IMG/VR virus record: IMGVR_UViG_3300012667_000078
Span: 1 to 36,925 of that record
Length of the DNA stretch: 36,925 bases
Reading direction: 5' to 3' (one strand)
Source: a virus
Lineage: Duplodnaviria; Caudoviricetes
Each line of letters starts with the position of its first letter. Position 1 is the first letter of the stretch. This document shows positions 32,843-36,925 of this stretch, one piece after another. The notes beneath the pieces were generated by a model. It did not search any database. It had not been told where the DNA came from and worked only from the letters and a program-made list of their open reading frames with translations. The position numbers and the translations under genes are program-made.

Positions 32843-34484
32843 TTGTTGGACTCGCCTCAAGTTCAGCACCCATGATCGCAATTTTTGTTTGATCTGTACC
32901 TGACACCTCGTATACGCGGTCGCGCAACTTGAGCGTCATGCCCAAACGACGCCAGATGACACGAGTGCCATATGTACCCGTTTTACCCATTGACCGCCAG
33001 TGTTCATTGCTCCAAGTGTGACCACCATCATCAGACCAACGAAGCATTACTTGCGGGTCAATGGCGATTGCGGTAGCTTGACCTTTTTGGATGAGAATTG
33101 CGCCGCCCACTACAGAAGGGGCACCGTCGTAATACATAAAGGACCCATCTTCTTGAACGATGATGTCTCCGCTTTCTGTAAGCAAAGAGTCAGTACCTGC
33201 GTACTCCCACGCTAAAACATCACCATCTTCGGTGAGCAACTCGTCATTCGGGTCAGAAATATCCTCAATGATGATTGGCGTAGTTACATCGTTGGCGATT
33301 GCGCCAGTTTCAGCGTCAAGTTGCAACGAATGGTGGGCGCTACGTTTTAAATCGTTGGCACCTGTGGGCAGCGCGCGCCAAGACCGCAACCATTTTTGCG
33401 GCGCGCCGTTGTCCGAAAACACGTTTAAATCAAATGCGTAGATATTACCAAGTTCATGATCGCCCACGACAATCTCGTTGTTAAACGACATTTGACAGTT
33501 TGAGCGATGGCGGGTAAAGCTACCGTTGATGAACGCGCCACGCTCATGCCACAACGACGTGGCTACGTCATACACCCATGTGGTGTTCGCCGAAGGGAAG
33601 ATCAAGACGTAAAACGCATGACCGTCTTGCTGGTAAGTGTAGGCAATTGCATCGGACATGTTGCCGTACTGCTGGATTTGCCATTCAACTGCATGTGTGG
33701 ACACGCGCTGCGCGGTGTACCCGTTGGCGCGGTAGACAATACCTTGACCGCGCGCATCAGCACCCAGCCAGAAAATACCGTTGTCCAGTTTGGCAACAGA
33801 GAAAGCCGCAATACAACCCACCTCGTTGAACGCACCCTGAACGGGACTTAGTGGAAAGTCAGCGCCGCCCGAGTCGTACCAAACCTCGACCGAGTTAGTT
33901 CCAAACAACCACGCTTCGCGGTGGTCCACGAGAACTGACACCAGACCATCAGGAGAACCTTCGGCGCTGGCAAAGTCAAGTGGGTCAATGGATTCACCGT
34001 TCAGCAATTCTGTGATCCACAGGCGCTGACTGTTGGGTTCGTTGAACACGAAGTACCCGTCCAAATAGCCCACGGTGACAGCACCGGGGAAGTCTGGGTC
34101 ATCGATTTGTTTGAACTCAAGTGTCAGGCTGTTGTAAATGTAGCTGGGGCCGTTGCAAGCGATGAACATCTGAGTACCGTTATCAGCCATGCTGACAGGG
34201 CCAGATGACCCCGAGACAGTACCGATCGGGGAGGTATTCCACAGCGTGTCGATTTTATACAGCACTTCACCAGACACGGCGTAGCCGTAGCCACCAAACT
34301 GCCACATCCCGCGAATTGGACCATCGCCCATGTTTGCGAGAAAACGCAGACCGGGCGCGCGGTTCAGGAAAGCTGCTTCTTTACCACCCTCGGGGATAAC
34401 CTCTGGGAAAAGGTTGACCATGCGGGCGTCGGCAGCGTTGACACTGCGGGCCACATAGGATGACCCAAGGATGGGGGTTTTCAT
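32835..34484 (-). CDS. Packaged-DNA stabilization/tail hub protein (P22 gp10-like)
   Basis: FASAEGSPD, FGTNSVEVW, TWVYDVATSLWHER, MLRWSDDGGHTWSNE. Confidence 0.9.
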   Translation of the reverse strand: MKTPILGSSYVARSVNAADARMVNLFPEVIPEGGKEAAFLNRAPGLRFLANMGDGPIRGMWQFGGYGYAVSGEVLYKIDTLWNTSPIGTVSGSSGPVSMADNGTQMFIACNGPSYIYNSLTLEFKQIDDPDFPGAVTVGYLDGYFVFNEPNSQRLWITELLNGESIDPLDFASAEGSPDGLVSVLVDHREAWLFGTNSVEVWYDSGGADFPLSPVQGAFNEVGCIAAFSVAKLDNGIFWLGADARGQGIVYRANGYTAQRVSTHAVEWQIQQYGNMSDAIAYTYQQDGHAFYVLIFPSANTTWVYDVATSLWHERGAFINGSFTRHRSNCQMSFNNEIVVGDHELGNIYAFDLNVFSDNGAPQKWLRSWRALPTGANDLKRSAHHSLQLDAETGAIANDVTTPIIIEDISDPNDELLTEDGDVLAWEYAGTDSLLTESGDIIVQEDGSFMYYDGAPSVVGGAILIQKGQATAIAIDPQVMLRWSDDGGHTWSNEHWRSMGKTGTYGTRVIWRRLGMTLKLRDRVYEVSGTDQTKIAIMGAELEASPTNA

Positions 34485-35200
34485 CAGTAGTTACCAACGT
34501 AGACGTTGAATCGTTGACGTGTTGCAACGATAGCATACGGCATCGCCATCACATCGTCAGGATTGTTGATGCGTTTCAGATTGCGTTTGCTGGTCATTGC
34601 GATGCGCTGCACTTGAGGGCTTGGTTCGACGCCAAATTCTGGCGCAATCTCCATTGCCAAGTTGTAGGTGAATGCCCGCAGGTAGCCCGGCGGGAACAAC
34701 ATTTGAGTTGCCAGCGTGGCAGGTTCGTCCAACTTTTCCACTGAGATAAAATGCCATTCCAATTCCTTAGTAGGTTTTGGATAGATCGTCATCGTGAAGT
34801 CAGGGTATGTGTTGTTGACGAAGATGACTTGCGGGTACGTCGAAGTCACGGTCTTGACCGCGATACCGTCATATTGCTGTTGGTTGATGAACTTGATGCC
34901 GAAGGACACGTTTGTGCCCGGATCACGGTAGTAGGTTGCATCGTCCAGCAAGACGGGACGCAGGCCAACAAAGTTACCAGTTGGGCCAAGTGTGCGAGTG
35001 ATCTCGCCGACAGGCCAAAGGAATGTTTGATCTTGTGTGCTGAAGACTGACAGTCGCTCGGTGTTCCACGAGTCGATCATCTGATTGAGCGCCGTTAGGG
35101 CGTCATTTGACATATCTGCCGAGGGTGTCTCACCTTCTGCAAGTACGCCCAGCAATCGCAATGCACGGTTGATTTGATCGCCAGCGGTGTACGTTGCCAT
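34484..35200 (-). CDS. Head-tail adaptor (P22 gp4-like)
   Basis: TAGDQINRALRLLGV..EGETPSA, ALNQMIDSW, YNLAMEIAPEFG. Confidence 0.85.
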   Translation of the reverse strand: MATYTAGDQINRALRLLGVLAEGETPSADMSNDALTALNQMIDSWNTERLSVFSTQDQTFLWPVGEITRTLGPTGNFVGLRPVLLDDATYYRDPGTNVSFGIKFINQQQYDGIAVKTVTSTYPQVIFVNNTYPDFTMTIYPKPTKELEWHFISVEKLDEPATLATQMLFPPGYLRAFTYNLAMEIAPEFGVEPSPQVQRIAMTSKRNLKRINNPDDVMAMPYAIVATRQRFNVYVGNY

Positions 35201-35202
35201 TG

Positions 35203-35412
35203 TTAGACTCCTTCGGTTTCACCCTCGACAACTTCAGTTCGACGGGTATATTTGCGCTTGGTCCCCAGTGCATTTGCAGGGGCCGCATCTTCGGAGTCCG
35301 AAGGCGTATCGACATTGTAGCGCGTCCAGCCATTCTTTTCATCAGCAACAGCCTCAAGTTCCATTGTTGCAACTTTAGCGCCGTGGACGGGGTGTTTGAG
35401 GTATATGTTCAT
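35203..35412 (-). CDS. Hypothetical protein (69 aa)
   Basis: Fills the gap in the late operon; ends with the SD for the gp4-like gene. Confidence 0.7.
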   Translation of the reverse strand: MNIYLKHPVHGAKVATMELEAVADEKNGWTRYNVDTPSDSEDAAPANALGTKRKYTRRTEVVEGETEGV

Positions 35413-35419
35413 GTGATAG

Positions 35420-35444
35420 AACGGGGTCCGAAGACCCCGTTTTT
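35420..35444. terminator. UUCG-tetraloop hairpin
   Basis: Minus strand AACGGGGTC-TTCG-GACCCCGTT; the T-tract is stronger on the plus strand. Confidence 0.65.
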
Positions 35445-35446
35445 AG

Positions 35447-35746
35447 TTACGCAACAACAGGATATTGCCACTTAGTACCGTCCGAAATGAACAGTTTACC
35501 AGTGCCTGTGGCGTTGGTGGTTGTAGCCAGTGAACCTGTAGGCGCGCTGGTTGTTGTTGAGTTTGCAGTGATTGCAGTAGTCAAAAAGTACAGACCTGCT
35601 GTAGCGTTTGCCACGACTGAACCGGTTGTAGCCGATGAAGTCAATGATGTCACGCTGACGGCATCCAATGCTGAAGCACCGGTAACTGTCAAACTCTCGA
35701 ATTGTGGGTCAGCGTAAGCTACGCCGACTGCTTTGGTGTTTGCCAT
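35447..35746 (-). CDS. Putative capsid decoration/head fibre protein
   Basis: AAGGA SD before MANTKAVGVAYADP; Thr/Ala-rich. Confidence 0.65.
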   Translation of the reverse strand: MANTKAVGVAYADPQFESLTVTGASALDAVSVTSLTSSATTGSVVANATAGLYFLTTAITANSTTTSAPTGSLATTTNATGTGKLFISDGTKWQYPVVA

Positions 35747-35758
35747 GATAAGTCCTTT

Positions 35759-35781
35759 AAAAATGGGGGCCGAAGCCCCCA
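35759..35781 (-). terminator. Intrinsic terminator with UUCG loop
   Basis: TGGGGGC-TTCG-GCCCCCA-TTTTT. Confidence 0.75.
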
Positions 35782-35788
35782 CTCAGGT

Positions 35789-36196
35789 TTAGGCTGTTTT
35801 GTACACAGTCCAAGCACCATCGGCAGTTTTACGGAATGTAAATTGCGCGCTGGAGGTGATAGCAGTAGCCACGAAAGCGTTGCCGCCGTCGGTCAAGCCG
35901 GTAGCTGTAGCCAAAGTCACAGTACCGGAAGAAGTACCGGTGTTGACAACATTCAGCGTAAATGTGCTACCGGGCTTTGCGCTGGTCACAACTGCGTCGA
36001 TAGCAGAAGCGGTAGGCAAAGTGTAAGTAGCAGCAGAAGTGCTGGGGTTAGCCACCAAGATACCACCGGTCACTTGAGCGGCTGTCAAAGTCGCTGTAGA
36101 TGTAGCAGTTTGTGGGACGGCTGCGTAGCCGAGAGTCAATTCGTTCAGGTTGCCGTCACCGAGTTGGTAACCGCCTGCGCCGTTAGGGAGTGCCAT
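35789..36196 (-). CDS. Putative capsid decoration protein
   Basis: Directly downstream of coat; Thr/Ala-rich beta protein; AAGGA SD. Confidence 0.7.
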   Translation of the reverse strand: MALPNGAGGYQLGDGNLNELTLGYAAVPQTATSTATLTAAQVTGGILVANPSTSAATYTLPTASAIDAVVTSAKPGSTFTLNVVNTGTSSGTVTLATATGLTDGGNAFVATAITSSAQFTFRKTADGAWTVYKTA

Positions 36197-36223
36197 GATA
36201 AGTTTCCTTTAAAAAGATTTTGC

Positions 36224-36244
36224 AAAAGAAGGGGCCGAAGCCCC
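36224..36244 (-). terminator. Intrinsic terminator after coat
   Basis: GGGGC-TTCG-GCCCC-TTCTTTT. Confidence 0.8.
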
Positions 36245-36251
36245 ATCCAGA

Positions 36252-36925
36252 TTAGCCCCAGAGGCGAACAGCCATCTGTGGACGAATTGTGCTGTAGCCA
36301 TACAACACGTCGATACGGCAAGGCATACGATCGTTGTTGATGTCATATTGGCGCACAACACGCAAAGAGATACCGTTATGCACAGCGCGGGCAGCCATGT
36401 CAACACCTTGTGGGAGCAACAAGTCAGCAGTAGCGAATGTGATCGCATCTTTGTGGTACACCAAGTTCTGAGCGTACTGAGTAGCAGCAGCACCGACGAA
36501 CACAACAGCTTTGCCAGTGGCAGGCAATGTGTACACGGTAGCCAAAGCGTTACCAGCAGAGTAGATAGGAGCAACAGTGATGCTGCCTTCGCCGCTTGAA
36601 CCCAACACGGTAGCAGCAGTAGCTACAAACTGGAACAACGAACCGGTAGACTCACGAGTCTGTGGGTTGACAGCGTAGCAATCAGCAACAGTGAACACGT
36701 CACCAATGTTGACCACGCCAGCGTTACCGCCGCCAGTGATAGCGATGGTTGTTGCGCCTTCGGCAGTCACAGCAGCAGAAGTGGTAGCACCAGTAGCGCC
36801 ACGAGTACCAGTTGTGTGTTGTTTGATCGATTGAGACATGTTGATCTCTTCGAAGCCCAACACGCCAGTGCCCATCATGCCGTTCTTGAATTGCTTGCTG
36901 ATAGTGTCTGTTGGGTTGAACAGAC
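36252..36925 (-). CDS. Major capsid (P22-like coat) protein, C-terminal part, open at the window end
   Basis: Frame open to the edge; GDVFTVADCYAVNPQTRESTG, NLVYHKDAITFATADL, CRIDVLYGY..IRP. Confidence 0.9.
   Translation of the reverse strand, partial: LFNPTDTISKQFKNGMMGTGVLGFEEINMSQSIKQHTTGTRGATGATTSAAVTAEGATTIAITGGGNAGVVNIGDVFTVADCYAVNPQTRESTGSLFQFVATAATVLGSSGEGSITVAPIYSAGNALATVYTLPATGKAVVFVGAAATQYAQNLVYHKDAITFATADLLLPQGVDMAARAVHNGISLRVVRQYDINNDRMPCRIDVLYGYSTIRPQMAVRLWG

Overview
A nearly complete, circularly permuted genome of a P22-like podovirus; gene content suggests a freshwater betaproteobacterial host (inference). The major capsid gene is split across the two window ends, with its middle missing. 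The minus strand carries the late genes: TerS, TerL, a GroES-like protein, portal, a ferritin/Dps-like protein, a fibre/decoration cluster with a 2OG-Fe(II) oxygenase, scaffold, coat, decoration proteins, gp4-, gp10- and gp26-like tail proteins, a cupin-SET fusion, three ejection proteins and a five-gene lysis block. The plus strand carries a string of small early genes and an APSE-like replication block (RHH, DUF2800 nuclease, DUF2815 SSB, family B polymerase, DUF3310, VRR-NUC, SNF2 helicase). A primase-polymerase/helicase gene is divergent from that block. I saw no integrase, tRNA, CRISPR array or reverse transcriptase. The strongest candidate for an undescribed system is a SET-domain methyltransferase fused to a cupin-like domain in the syntenic slot of P22 gp14, which with the oxygenase suggests phage-encoded modification of virion proteins. 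Also notable: a shared LLTE(S/D)G motif that may dock fibres, an ACCCA-N-TGGGT operator family around an HNH-less AP2 protein, a GTAA-N(1-2)-GTAA motif at early translation starts, and two structured intergenic RNAs. All family assignments come from motif recognition by eye, not database searches.
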